Below, one piece after another: positions 16,713 through 25,855 of a DNA stretch of 64,000 nucleotides. The stretch is taken from NCBI GenBank assembly GCA_020631045.1, contig JAHDHZ010000002.1:35308-99307 (forward strand), read 5' to 3'. The notes under the pieces were generated by a model. The model made no database searches, was not told the DNA's origin, and saw only the letters and a list, made by a program, of their open reading frames with translations. Position 1 is the stretch's first letter. Each line of letters starts with the position of its first letter. The position numbers and the translations under genes were made by a program. This DNA comes from Flavobacteriales bacterium. GTDB taxonomy: Bacteria; Bacteroidota; Bacteroidia; Flavobacteriales_G; JALEGO01.

Positions 16713-19271
16713 TTAAAGCGTTGCTGTAACTCGAACTCTTATAGAATAAGGCCCCCAGCTATAGAAATTATCTAAATCGTGATTGTCTAAATAGGTAAAA
16801 CGTCTGACCAAATCGACCCTTAAAATTTTAAAGATGTTTTCAAGACCAACACTAGCTTCAATGTAAGGTACTTTAGGATCTAGTTTTCTTAAAGCAGCAC
16901 CTGTATTGACACTCTGTAGGTTTGTAATCTCCTGATTTTTTGAAGGAGTTAAACTTCCCCAAAGTGTTCTAAATGTAACAATTTCTCTAACATTTAGCTT
17001 TTCAATTAAAGGAATCTTATAAGTAAAAAAACCATTGAAGTAGTGCGCTAATTGAAACTGAACATATTGATCTGTAATGAACTCCATATCTCTTTGCATG
17101 TTAAATAAATTCAAATCTAGAATAGAGGTTAGCAGTGAAATACCACTATTGGCTGTTGGAGTGTACATTAATGTGGCAGGCACATTTCCGATCATCTTAC
17201 CCGCTCTTAGGTAGGTATAACTATAGCCAAATACATTCATATTGACACGCTTAATTGAAGATAAATCAAATGACCAATAATCGTGATTTGATCCCAAAAC
17301 ATCAGAAATACCTTTTGCAACAGAGAATTTAAGTATTGGATATCTTGTAATCAATGAGAAACGATCGGTTTTGTTTCTTAAAAACTTTTGGTTTGGCGCA
17401 TAAGTAAAAGAAAGCTTCACCTCACTGTTGTCAAAAATTCCAGTGTCTTGCCCATAGGTATACTCCGGGGTTTTAAAATTCAAGTCTCCGTAGCCTTGAT
17501 AACGTCCTTTGGTTAGATCAAGCTGAAAACCAAAATTGTTTTCATATTCACTTAAAAAACTGATTCTATGATCTCTGATGTGTAGAAAATTTTGAATGTC
17601 TCCAGCTCTTAAGGTGGTATAGAAAGCCTCATAAGATATCAGTCCTTGGGCTTGCCCAGGAATACGCACCTGATCTCTGTAGGTATAATCAATATAACGC
17701 TCAGGCCACTTGTCAAAAGGTTTTGTCAAAGAATAGCCTAAATTAAATGCATATTTAAATTTTTGATCATTTGTTCCGTAAGAAAGATAGGCTTCGTTGT
17801 TGATTCTCGGATGTAGTTTAGGCAAAGTTTTATACCCTAGCCTTAAAACATATCCTTCTGGTCTATTGTAATTGACAGAAGATAAAAAATTACCAACAAT
17901 AAACTTATTGTGTTTAGGCGAATGGTACCCAGTAGAAAGCACTTTTAAAATCATTAAACGATTTCTAAACCACCTGTTGGTATTTAGACTTTCTGCCATA
18001 TCATATATGCCTTGTTCTTCTGCATTTAAGGCGTTGGGGCGCAAAGAATCCATCCTTGCCAAGCGCTCTTGAGCAACTTGATTCTCAAGGTCAGCCTCAC
18101 GAATTTTAGGAGTATCGTATAAGTCATTGACATAATCAGAATAAATTTGTTCGCGTTTGATGTGTACTTGCGGAAATCCCTGATACAAAATAGCATCCAT
18201 CTCAAGTAGCTCTTTGGTTTTTACCACTACCCCATCTCTTGTTTTAAATTCTTGTCTAATATGAAGATTTTCAGTGAAATTCAGATTAATATCTTCTCTA
18301 GTTTTCATATCTAGATAAAGTACCTTATAAGATGAATCCACCGAAACATACATTTCTCCTTCAAAAGAAATACTTTGCTTATCAAACGGAGAGAAAATGA
18401 GTTTCACAACTTTCTCACCTTGGTAATCAAAAGTATCTTTTAAATAATATCTATAAAACTTAGATCCAACAGCAGAAAACGGAGAGGCAAAATTATAGTC
18501 AATTAAAAATATATTTTTCTGTCGAATATCAACATCTTGGTACAGTAAATCAAGCATGCTTTTAATGCTTTTTTCTTTGAAAAAGTCTTGTATGTTGATC
18601 AAAGATTCTCCTAAATGAAAACTTTTTTCATGGCCGTTTTTGTAATTGATTTTATAAGCATTTTCACGAATAAACATGGGTAGATATAATGAGCTATCTT
18701 CTCTACGTTTTACATATTTCGTAAAATCAAGTTTTTGAAAGGTATTCGAATTGGCTAGTTTTTCTTTGAAATTATTGACATCCGCACTAAACTTCTCGTA
18801 CTTATCAAAGCTCACTTGCTCGAGGTTTGATACATGATTTTCTTCTCTGTGACTGATTACTTGATTGATTAACCAAATAGCAGGGTTTCCTTTTCTTTTA
18901 TAACGTACCCTTTTACGAGCTTTTACTTCAACTGTTTTCATTTGAACAGCTTGGGTTTGCATGACAAAGTCTAAAAAGGCAATTGAGTCTCCAACCACAT
19001 TTAAGCTCAAAGGCTTATAGCCCACTAAAGAGGCTTGGAGTTTTTGAATAGATTTTGGAATCTTCAATTCATAAAATCCATCTAAATCAGTGGTCACTCC
19101 GAATTTAGCATTTTTAGTAGAAACTGTAGCAAAGGGTAAGGCAGATCGATCAGCAGCATCAATGACTCTTCCTGAAACTTTAATATAGTCTTGTGCTTGA
19201 GTAGAAGAAAGTAATGTGAAAAATAAGAGACTAGAGAGTGAAAAAGCTTTTTTCCAATTTTTGAGGTTCAT
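16713..19271 (-). CDS. Outer-membrane-type protein with an N-terminal carboxypeptidase-regulatory-like domain (DUF5686-like)
   Basis: Signal peptide, then VSGRVIDA...PFATV...GFYEL (CarboxypepD_reg-like), followed by a long beta-rich region. The DUF5686 assignment is from memory of the family architecture. Confidence 0.6.
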   Translation of the reverse strand: MNLKNWKKAFSLSSLLFFTLLSSTQAQDYIKVSGRVIDAADRSALPFATVSTKNAKFGVTTDLDGFYELKIPKSIQKLQASLVGYKPLSLNVVGDSIAFLDFVMQTQAVQMKTVEVKARKRVRYKRKGNPAIWLINQVISHREENHVSNLEQVSFDKYEKFSADVNNFKEKLANSNTFQKLDFTKYVKRREDSSLYLPMFIRENAYKINYKNGHEKSFHLGESLINIQDFFKEKSIKSMLDLLYQDVDIRQKNIFLIDYNFASPFSAVGSKFYRYYLKDTFDYQGEKVVKLIFSPFDKQSISFEGEMYVSVDSSYKVLYLDMKTREDINLNFTENLHIRQEFKTRDGVVVKTKELLEMDAILYQGFPQVHIKREQIYSDYVNDLYDTPKIREADLENQVAQERLARMDSLRPNALNAEEQGIYDMAESLNTNRWFRNRLMILKVLSTGYHSPKHNKFIVGNFLSSVNYNRPEGYVLRLGYKTLPKLHPRINNEAYLSYGTNDQKFKYAFNLGYSLTKPFDKWPERYIDYTYRDQVRIPGQAQGLISYEAFYTTLRAGDIQNFLHIRDHRISFLSEYENNFGFQLDLTKGRYQGYGDLNFKTPEYTYGQDTGIFDNSEVKLSFTYAPNQKFLRNKTDRFSLITRYPILKFSVAKGISDVLGSNHDYWSFDLSSIKRVNMNVFGYSYTYLRAGKMIGNVPATLMYTPTANSGISLLTSILDLNLFNMQRDMEFITDQYVQFQLAHYFNGFFTYKIPLIEKLNVREIVTFRTLWGSLTPSKNQEITNLQSVNTGAALRKLDPKVPYIEASVGLENIFKILRVDLVRRFTYLDNHDLDNFYSWGPYSIRVRVTATL

Positions 19272-19365
19272 CTTGTTTGTGATTCTTTGTTAAAAGATAC
19301 TACAAACTTAGAAACTCTTTAAGTTTTTTAACAAGAATGTAAAATTATTTCGATTGACTTTTTAG

Positions 19366-19373
19366 TAGATTTG
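19366..19373 (+). promoter_or_regulatory. Putative -7 promoter box (TAGATTTG) 4 nt upstream of a start codon
   Basis: It matches TAnnTTTG; the ATG of the downstream gene is at 19378. Confidence 0.35.
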
Positions 19374-19377
19374 AACC

Positions 19378-20007
19378 ATGAGACACATCATTATAATTTG
19401 CTTCACTTTATTTAGCCTTTCAAACATTCAATCACAACAAGTTCAACTTATTCAGTTCTCGGGAATGATCTTAGACGCTGACAGTCTAGATCCTATACCT
19501 TTTTCTCAAGTTATTGTCAAGAATACCAGCAGGGGCACAAGTGCTGATTATTTTGGCTTTTTTTCTTTTGTGGCTCAAAAAGGAGACACCATTCTATTTT
19601 CTTCTCTAGGTTATAAACCACAGCATTATATTATTCCTGACTCTTTAGAAAAAAACTTGTATTCGATCATTCAGGTATTACAAAAAGACACGATTGAACT
19701 TGATCCCATTACTGTTTATCCCTGGCCTTCAAAAGAAGAATTCAAGCAAGCTTTCTTGAATTTAAGATTGCCAAGTACAGATTACCAAAGAGCTATGCAA
19801 AATTTAGAACAAGCTAGAATAAAAGCTAAATTTCAAGGCATTCAGATGGATGCTGTAGCCAATTATAAATACACGATGAATCAATACCAAACTAGGCTAT
19901 ACAATTCAGGAATGTACCCCATCAACAATCTATTGAATCCCTTTGCATGGGCAAAATTTATTGATGAGTGGAAAAAAGGCACTTACAAAAAGAAAAAAGG
20001 CCCTTAA
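19378..20007 (+). CDS. Carboxypeptidase-regulatory-like domain protein (secreted)
   Basis: Signal peptide, then FSGMILDADSLDPIPFSQVIV...GFFSF...GD, typical of the CarboxypepD_reg fold. Confidence 0.6.
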   Translation: MRHIIIICFTLFSLSNIQSQQVQLIQFSGMILDADSLDPIPFSQVIVKNTSRGTSADYFGFFSFVAQKGDTILFSSLGYKPQHYIIPDSLEKNLYSIIQVLQKDTIELDPITVYPWPSKEEFKQAFLNLRLPSTDYQRAMQNLEQARIKAKFQGIQMDAVANYKYTMNQYQTRLYNSGMYPINNLLNPFAWAKFIDEWKKGTYKKKKGP

Positions 20008-20025
20008 ATTAGGGCTTTTTCATTT
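19997..20025. terminator. Probable bidirectional terminator between convergent genes
   Basis: Stem AAGGCCC/GGGCTTT (one G-T pair) with an A-run upstream and a T-rich tract downstream. The stop codon of the + gene lies in the loop. Confidence 0.45.
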
Positions 20026-20044
20026 TCTATTTAAAGTTAGAAAT

Positions 20045-20440
20045 TTACTTAACTGCCTTTACAGGTTTGTCAGAGCGTACTGCTCTTCTTTGCTTTGCTT
20101 TTGATTTTAGTTTTTCTAATTGCTCAGGAGTAAGCAAGGCAGAAAGTGCTTCTCTGTATTGCTCTCTCACTGCTTTGGTCTGGTCTTGATGAGCTTTTAT
20201 TTCAGATCCATACTTATCGTGTAGAGCTTTCAATTCTGAAAACTTACTCACATTTAAAGCTTTTACTTTTGCTTTTACTTCATCTGTTAAGTCAAGTTCT
20301 TGTTGAAGTCTATCAGCTACTTTTGTAGAGCGCTGCTCAACATTCATTTTCTCTTTTTTAATTTTCGAAGCCTCTTGAGCCATCACAGAAGATGAGAACA
20401 TAAAAGCTGAAGCCGCTGCGATTAAAACTATTTTTTTCAT
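20045..20440 (-). CDS. Periplasmic helical protein, Spy/CpxP-like (LTxxQ-type motif)
   Basis: Signal peptide, charged all-helical composition, and LLTPEQLEKL near the C-terminus. Confidence 0.45.
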   Translation of the reverse strand: MKKIVLIAAASAFMFSSSVMAQEASKIKKEKMNVEQRSTKVADRLQQELDLTDEVKAKVKALNVSKFSELKALHDKYGSEIKAHQDQTKAVREQYREALSALLTPEQLEKLKSKAKQRRAVRSDKPVKAVK

Positions 20441-20528
20441 ATTGTTAATTAATTAAAGTTTATTACTAAAGGTATGACAAAAATAATGCCAAAAGGATAT
20501 TTTTTACGACTTTTGAAAAAAATAAAGA

Positions 20529-21341
20529 ATGAAAACACTGTTAAACTATTTTTTACTCCTTACAGTTTTATGTCTAACACAGTTGAATGAAACTTTTTCT
20601 CAAGGATTTGAAGTTGCGCCAGTTATTATGGAATTTAATGCAGAACCTTCTTCATCACAGACAAAAACTTTGACCATTACAAATTACTTTAACACCAGAA
20701 GGTCATTTAATATGAATTTAGGTGATTTTAACAGAAATGAAAAAGGAGAAAAATCATTTGACAAAGCAGGTAAAAACAACTTCTCTTGCGCCAATTGGAT
20801 TACTGTGAGTCCTTCTTTTGTTGAAGTCAATCCCAACGAATCAAAAGAAGTTAAAGTTACAATGAGTGTTCCTACAGGAGAAAACAAAACAAAATGGTGT
20901 ATGTTATATGTTAGAGCTGCAAAACCTCAAAGTGCTTTTGGCGCTGATAAAGGATTTTCAGGCGGGATGGTGATTAGCCCTACGATTGGCGTTCAAATCT
21001 ATCAGTCTCCCAATTCAAATAATAATTTCAAGGCTGCTTTAAGTGACTTGAAAGAAATTTCTAAATCTGAAGATGGGCACAGAAGACTTTCTGTATTTGT
21101 AGAAAATCAAGGTGAGAAAAATCTTAAATGCAAAATGTACTTATTGATTGCCAACCTTCAAACTGCTGAAGAAACCAAAACCCCAATCACCTCTTTTCCT
21201 CTATTGCCAGGGGGTGCTAAAATCGCTGAGTTAAATATTCCTAAAGACCTTGCTTCGGGTACTTATTCTGTAGCAGCTATTCTAGATTACGGAAAAGGGC
21301 ATGATCTTGAAGGTATACAAACTGAAATAACTGTACAGTAA
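20529..21341 (+). CDS. Hypothetical secreted protein, probably two Ig-like/beta-sandwich domains
   Basis: Signal peptide. Strand-like patterns such as FEVAPVIMEFNA...TLTITN and WITVSPSFVEVNPNESKEVKVTMSVP recall PapD-like or DUF916-like folds. This is a weak assignment. Confidence 0.35.
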   Translation: MKTLLNYFLLLTVLCLTQLNETFSQGFEVAPVIMEFNAEPSSSQTKTLTITNYFNTRRSFNMNLGDFNRNEKGEKSFDKAGKNNFSCANWITVSPSFVEVNPNESKEVKVTMSVPTGENKTKWCMLYVRAAKPQSAFGADKGFSGGMVISPTIGVQIYQSPNSNNNFKAALSDLKEISKSEDGHRRLSVFVENQGEKNLKCKMYLLIANLQTAEETKTPITSFPLLPGGAKIAELNIPKDLASGTYSVAAILDYGKGHDLEGIQTEITVQ

Positions 21342-22477
21342 TGTTCAAATACTCAGGGCTATTCATACTCACAGCTTGTGTTGTTTTATCAAGCTGTAAT
21401 CTTTCAAATACAGACTGTGCAAATCCAGAAAAAGCCTTTTTTTACAAAGCAGGTTTAATGACTAGTTTTTATGATTGTAACCAAACGTTCATAAGAGAGC
21501 AATTTGAAGTTGATATCACCAATGGTGATACCATTAAAAATGGTCTTTACAAGATTTATTATAAAAATGGCAAGCTATGGCAAAGCGCTTCTTACCAAAA
21601 TGATCTTTTAAATGGCAATGGCCTTGTGTACGATTCTTTAGGCAATAAAAAGCAAAAAGTATCTTACAAAGATGGTGTTCAACAAGGAGAAGCTTTGGTG
21701 TATTATCCAAGCGGGGCTTTATTTCAAAAGATTTTTTACCAAAATGGTGTACTCATAGATACATCTTACGCTTTTCATGAGAATGGGCCAATTATGGAAA
21801 AAACTCCTTATTTGAAAGGTTTAAAAGAAGGCAGCTCTAAAGGATATTTTGAAAATGGTACTTCTATGTTTGAAACTCACTACATTGGTGATATAAAACA
21901 TGGGCAAGAAAAACTCTATTATAAAAGTGGTAAGCTTAAATCAATTGCCCATTTTAAAAACGGCGTTCAAGACAGCTTATTTACTTCTTTCTATAAAGAA
22001 TTTAAAGATGGTACTATCTATTCAAAAAGTTTCTATCAAAATGGTCAGATAGTAGGACTTTACACTAGCTATTTTGAAAACGGGAAAAAAAGTTTAGAGG
22101 TTAACTACAAAGCTGGCAAGATGCATGGCCAATACAAAAGCTATCATGAAAAGACATTCATGTTACAAGAGCATGGTGAAATGATTGAAGGCAAGCGCCA
22201 AGGAGCATGGAAAGCATACTATCCTAGTGGTAAGCTCCAAATCATCTTGCATTACAAAGACGATAAATACCATGGCTTATCTGAAACATTCTATCAAGAA
22301 AATGGTCAGAAAAAGCAATCAGGCAATTATGAAAATGGACTGGCTCAAGGTCAATGGAGTTTTTATTTTGCAAATGGCCAATTGGCTGAACAAGGCTCTT
22401 ACGTAAATGATGAGAAAAAAGGACCTTGGAAGTACTATAATCAACAAGGCAACCTTATTAAAGAAATTACTCATTAA
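21341..22477 (+). CDS. MORN-variant (YwqK-type) repeat lipoprotein
   Basis: Lipobox LSSC. Many tandem ~23-aa repeats of the form G.....Y.NGKL.....Y.....G. The start overlaps the upstream stop (TAATG). Confidence 0.75.
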   Translation: MFKYSGLFILTACVVLSSCNLSNTDCANPEKAFFYKAGLMTSFYDCNQTFIREQFEVDITNGDTIKNGLYKIYYKNGKLWQSASYQNDLLNGNGLVYDSLGNKKQKVSYKDGVQQGEALVYYPSGALFQKIFYQNGVLIDTSYAFHENGPIMEKTPYLKGLKEGSSKGYFENGTSMFETHYIGDIKHGQEKLYYKSGKLKSIAHFKNGVQDSLFTSFYKEFKDGTIYSKSFYQNGQIVGLYTSYFENGKKSLEVNYKAGKMHGQYKSYHEKTFMLQEHGEMIEGKRQGAWKAYYPSGKLQIILHYKDDKYHGLSETFYQENGQKKQSGNYENGLAQGQWSFYFANGQLAEQGSYVNDEKKGPWKYYNQQGNLIKEITH

Positions 22478-22500
22478 TTGATTTCAATACGTTTTTCAAA

Positions 22501-23895
22501 ATGAAAATCACGTACAAAGATTTAATTAGTCAAAGTTTTGATTTTCCTCAAGAGGGTTTTGAGGTTAAAAAAGATCAACTTTTTTTTCAAAAAATTGATT
22601 TCAAAAAGCTGATTAAAAAATATGGCACTCCTCTTAAAATTAGCTATTTACCTTCTATCTCAAAAAACATCCACCTAAGTAAAAAGTGGTTTGCTAAAGC
22701 TTTTAAAAAGCATGATTATCAGGGCAAATACCACTATGCTTATTGTACAAAAAGTAGTCATTTCTCATTTGTTCTAGAAAAGGTACTTGAAAACAATACT
22801 CATGTTGAGACCTCTTCTGCATATGATTTAAAAATCATTGAACAACTCTACGAACAAAAGAAAACCAGTCTTAATCTGAGCATCTTATGTAACGGTTATA
22901 AAACAGAAGAATACTTAGAAAATATCATCGCTCTTCAAAACAAAGGATTTAAAAATATATTGCCCATTATCGATAATTTTAAAGAGCTCTCTTTGCTTCA
23001 AAAAAAAGCTCCTGATGAATGTTTTAAAATTGGCATTCGCATTGCATCTGAAGAAGAACCTCGATTTGATTTCTACACCTCAAGACTTGGCATAGGGTAT
23101 AAAGATGTGATTCGCTTGTACAAAGACCAAATTATGTACAATAAAAATCTCGAACTTAAAATGCTGCACTTTTTTATCAATACAGGCATTAGAGATACTG
23201 CATACTATTGGAATGAGTTGACTAAATGTCTACGTGTTTTTAGTCTTCTAAAAAAGATTTGCCCCTCATTAAATAGCTTAAATATCGGCGGAGGATTTCC
23301 TGTTAAGAACTCTCTAAATTTTAATTACGACTACGCTTATATGATTGATCAAATTATCGGAACGGTCAAAAAGCATTGTTTAGAAGAAAACATTGAACAG
23401 CCTGATATTTATACAGAATTCGGTTCTTTTACAGTTGGTGAAAGCGGCATGATGGTCTTTAACATCATTGATCAAAAAAAGCAAAATGAAAAAGAAAAAT
23501 GGAATATGATTGATGGATCGTTTATGACCACGCTACCTGATGCGTGGGCGATTAATAAAAAATTTATGATGTTGCCCATTAATGGATGGAATGATGAGTA
23601 CGAACGTGTATTTTTGGGTGGATTGACTTGCGATAGTGATGACTATTACAACTCAGAGCAGCACGTCAACGCTATTTATTTACCTAAATACAGTGAAGAT
23701 CGACCATTGTACATTGCTTTTTTCAACACTGGCGCTTATCAAGAGAATATTTCAGGGTATGGAGGATTAAAACACTGCTTAATTCCTGATGCCAAACACG
23801 TCATCATTGACGAAGATGAGAAGGGCTTGCATTATAAAGTGTTTTCAAAAAAAACCAAAGTTCAGCAAATGCTTAAATTACTGGGCTATTGCTAA
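22501..23895 (+). CDS. Type III PLP-dependent (Orn/DAP/Arg) decarboxylase, arginine-decarboxylase-like
   Basis: YAYCTKSS (PLP-Lys region), NIGGGFPV and CDSDD motifs. The substrate is inferred only from the typical annotation of ~460-aa Bacteroidota homologues. Confidence 0.7.
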   Translation: MKITYKDLISQSFDFPQEGFEVKKDQLFFQKIDFKKLIKKYGTPLKISYLPSISKNIHLSKKWFAKAFKKHDYQGKYHYAYCTKSSHFSFVLEKVLENNTHVETSSAYDLKIIEQLYEQKKTSLNLSILCNGYKTEEYLENIIALQNKGFKNILPIIDNFKELSLLQKKAPDECFKIGIRIASEEEPRFDFYTSRLGIGYKDVIRLYKDQIMYNKNLELKMLHFFINTGIRDTAYYWNELTKCLRVFSLLKKICPSLNSLNIGGGFPVKNSLNFNYDYAYMIDQIIGTVKKHCLEENIEQPDIYTEFGSFTVGESGMMVFNIIDQKKQNEKEKWNMIDGSFMTTLPDAWAINKKFMMLPINGWNDEYERVFLGGLTCDSDDYYNSEQHVNAIYLPKYSEDRPLYIAFFNTGAYQENISGYGGLKHCLIPDAKHVIIDEDEKGLHYKVFSKKTKVQQMLKLLGYC

Positions 23896-24527
23896 AGCTC
23901 TTTAAATACTTTCGCACATCAATTTATGTTTTGATAATACTCATTGGTGTTTTTATAATTGATACTTATTTTGATCTTCTTTTATACAAACATGGTATTT
24001 ATCCAAGATCAATAGAACACCTTTACGGCATATTCACTCACAGCTTGCTGCATGGCTCTGCCGCGCATTTAATGAACAACTGCATCAGTATCTTTATTTT
24101 GATTAATTTACTTGAGAAAAATTATAAAACCCTTTTTTTCAATGTCTTATTTTATCTGCAAATCATTTCAGGTTTTTGGGTATGGGTCGCAGCCCGTCAG
24201 TCTTTTCACATTGGTGCAAGCGGATTGATCTATGGCCTGGCAGGCTTTTTGATTTTAAGTGGCATGATTAGAAAAAACACCAATCTGTTGCGCATCTCTT
24301 TATTGGCTTTGTTTTTAAATGGCAGCATATTTTGGGGCATGCTCCCTTTTGTGAAAGATGAAATCTCTTGGGAAGGACATTTCTTTGGTTTTTTAAGTGG
24401 TATTTTATTGGCTTTATTCTACAAAAACAAAGGGCCTAAAAACGATACTTATACTTGGGATTACGATAATGATGAATATTTAGGTGAACCCTACTGGGAA
24501 ATTGACAACACAGAAGAAAGTTCATGA
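23889..24527 (+). CDS. Rhomboid family intramembrane serine protease
   Basis: Six hydrophobic segments, HLMNN, the catalytic GASGLIYG motif, and a downstream His in HFFGFLSG. Confidence 0.8.
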   Translation: MLKLFKYFRTSIYVLIILIGVFIIDTYFDLLLYKHGIYPRSIEHLYGIFTHSLLHGSAAHLMNNCISIFILINLLEKNYKTLFFNVLFYLQIISGFWVWVAARQSFHIGASGLIYGLAGFLILSGMIRKNTNLLRISLLALFLNGSIFWGMLPFVKDEISWEGHFFGFLSGILLALFYKNKGPKNDTYTWDYDNDEYLGEPYWEIDNTEESS

Positions 24528-25855
24528 AAAAGCATCAATTTACTTGAATCTATTTTACCTGTACTTTGAGCATTTTTAATACTGGCTAGATTGTAATAAC
24601 TTTTCTGATTTTCATACAACTCAAAATCTTTAGGTCCATGATCACTGATGAGCATAATTTCAGCTAAAGAATCTTTTTGAAGAATGTTTTCAATGAATTC
24701 TCTGATAAATAATCTAGTATATTGAATCTGATGTTGGTACAATACAGCCTCTGATCTATTTTCTTGTTCTGTCTGCCAAACTTGGCCATTAGATTTAAAC
24801 GTATAGGGCCTGTGAGGCAATAAAAAATGAGCATAAAACCATTGTGAGGTATTGGGCCTAATCGTTTTTAAAAGTGCATCAGCTGTGTGTTTATGTACTT
24901 GATAACCAATGTAATTGTGATACAGATCAAAGTAGAGTTTACCAAAAATTGATCTTTGAAAGATAAGTCTAAAAAATGAGAGCCCATGAACCATTAATCC
25001 ATCAAATTCTCTAAATGCAGATTGATTTGAGATGTCAAAAAAAGAAAAATTCTCTATGCTATATCCTTGATTAGTAAGCTCTTTAACCAACAAACTATTG
25101 TTTAACAAAGCTCTGCAAATTGTATTTTGATTAATGGGATCTTTTATTGTGCTCTGATCGAAAGGAGTTTTATTAAAGAAACTAAGCATAGAGAAAATGG
25201 TATTGTTTGAACTTGATTTTGAATTCAAGTAGCTATCAAATCCAACTGAAGAGAGAAAGGTAAGTAGATCATCGTCTTGACGGTAAACCTCTTTATAAAC
25301 CTCAGGATTCATATAAGCATCAAAAACCAATAAATAAATGTTGTGTTGATTTGATTTTAGTACCTCAGATTTGCAATCAAATAAAGGCATTTTGTCATCT
25401 GTTGTAATATGGGTTTTCCATTCCTTAATTTGATCTACTTTTGAGGTAATGTTGGATGTTTCATAAAGTAAAAGTATTACTGAAATTATGACTAAAAGTC
25501 TTGAATTAAATTTTTTATTTATATAAACAATGCAAGTACTTAAAAATAAAATAATTAAAATTAAATATCGATGTCTTAAAAAAGGCCATACACTTAAAGT
25601 AAAATCATATATTGGGGCATAAAACAAGATTGTAAAAAGCAGTAAAAAAACTGCTTTAAATACTTTATCAGCATGAGTAAATTTTAACAAGAGCCTACGT
25701 AGCAAAAAACATGCAAAAAATAGGCATACTAGAGCGACAGAAAACTCAAAGAAGGAAACATAAAAATTGATTACCGAGGCCTGATGCAGAAGAAAAAAGG
25801 CAATCCACAGCAAATAACAGACTGCAACAAAAAATTCTTCAGAGCACTTAAGCAC
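24491..25855 (-). CDS. Membrane-anchored alkaline-phosphatase-superfamily (sulfatase / LtaS / EptA-like) protein
   Basis: About 140 aa of TM helices, then a soluble domain with LVFDAY (metal ligand region), NNTIFSMLS (candidate nucleophile Thr), HFLLPHRPY and ISDHGP. Confidence 0.6.
   Translation of the reverse strand: MLKCSEEFFVAVCYLLWIAFFLLHQASVINFYVSFFEFSVALVCLFFACFLLRRLLLKFTHADKVFKAVFLLLFTILFYAPIYDFTLSVWPFLRHRYLILIILFLSTCIVYINKKFNSRLLVIISVILLLYETSNITSKVDQIKEWKTHITTDDKMPLFDCKSEVLKSNQHNIYLLVFDAYMNPEVYKEVYRQDDDLLTFLSSVGFDSYLNSKSSSNNTIFSMLSFFNKTPFDQSTIKDPINQNTICRALLNNSLLVKELTNQGYSIENFSFFDISNQSAFREFDGLMVHGLSFFRLIFQRSIFGKLYFDLYHNYIGYQVHKHTADALLKTIRPNTSQWFYAHFLLPHRPYTFKSNGQVWQTEQENRSEAVLYQHQIQYTRLFIREFIENILQKDSLAEIMLISDHGPKDFELYENQKSYYNLASIKNAQSTGKIDSSKLMLFHELSSVLSISQ

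Noticed and set aside
21341-22477. Reading the MORN-variant repeat proteins (also 61691-63280) as YwqK-type antitoxins of a toxin-antitoxin system
   Set aside because: Both carry export or lipoprotein signals. Neither has a YwqJ-like deaminase or nuclease toxin gene adjacent. The 'antitoxin' label is an annotation carry-over for the repeat family.
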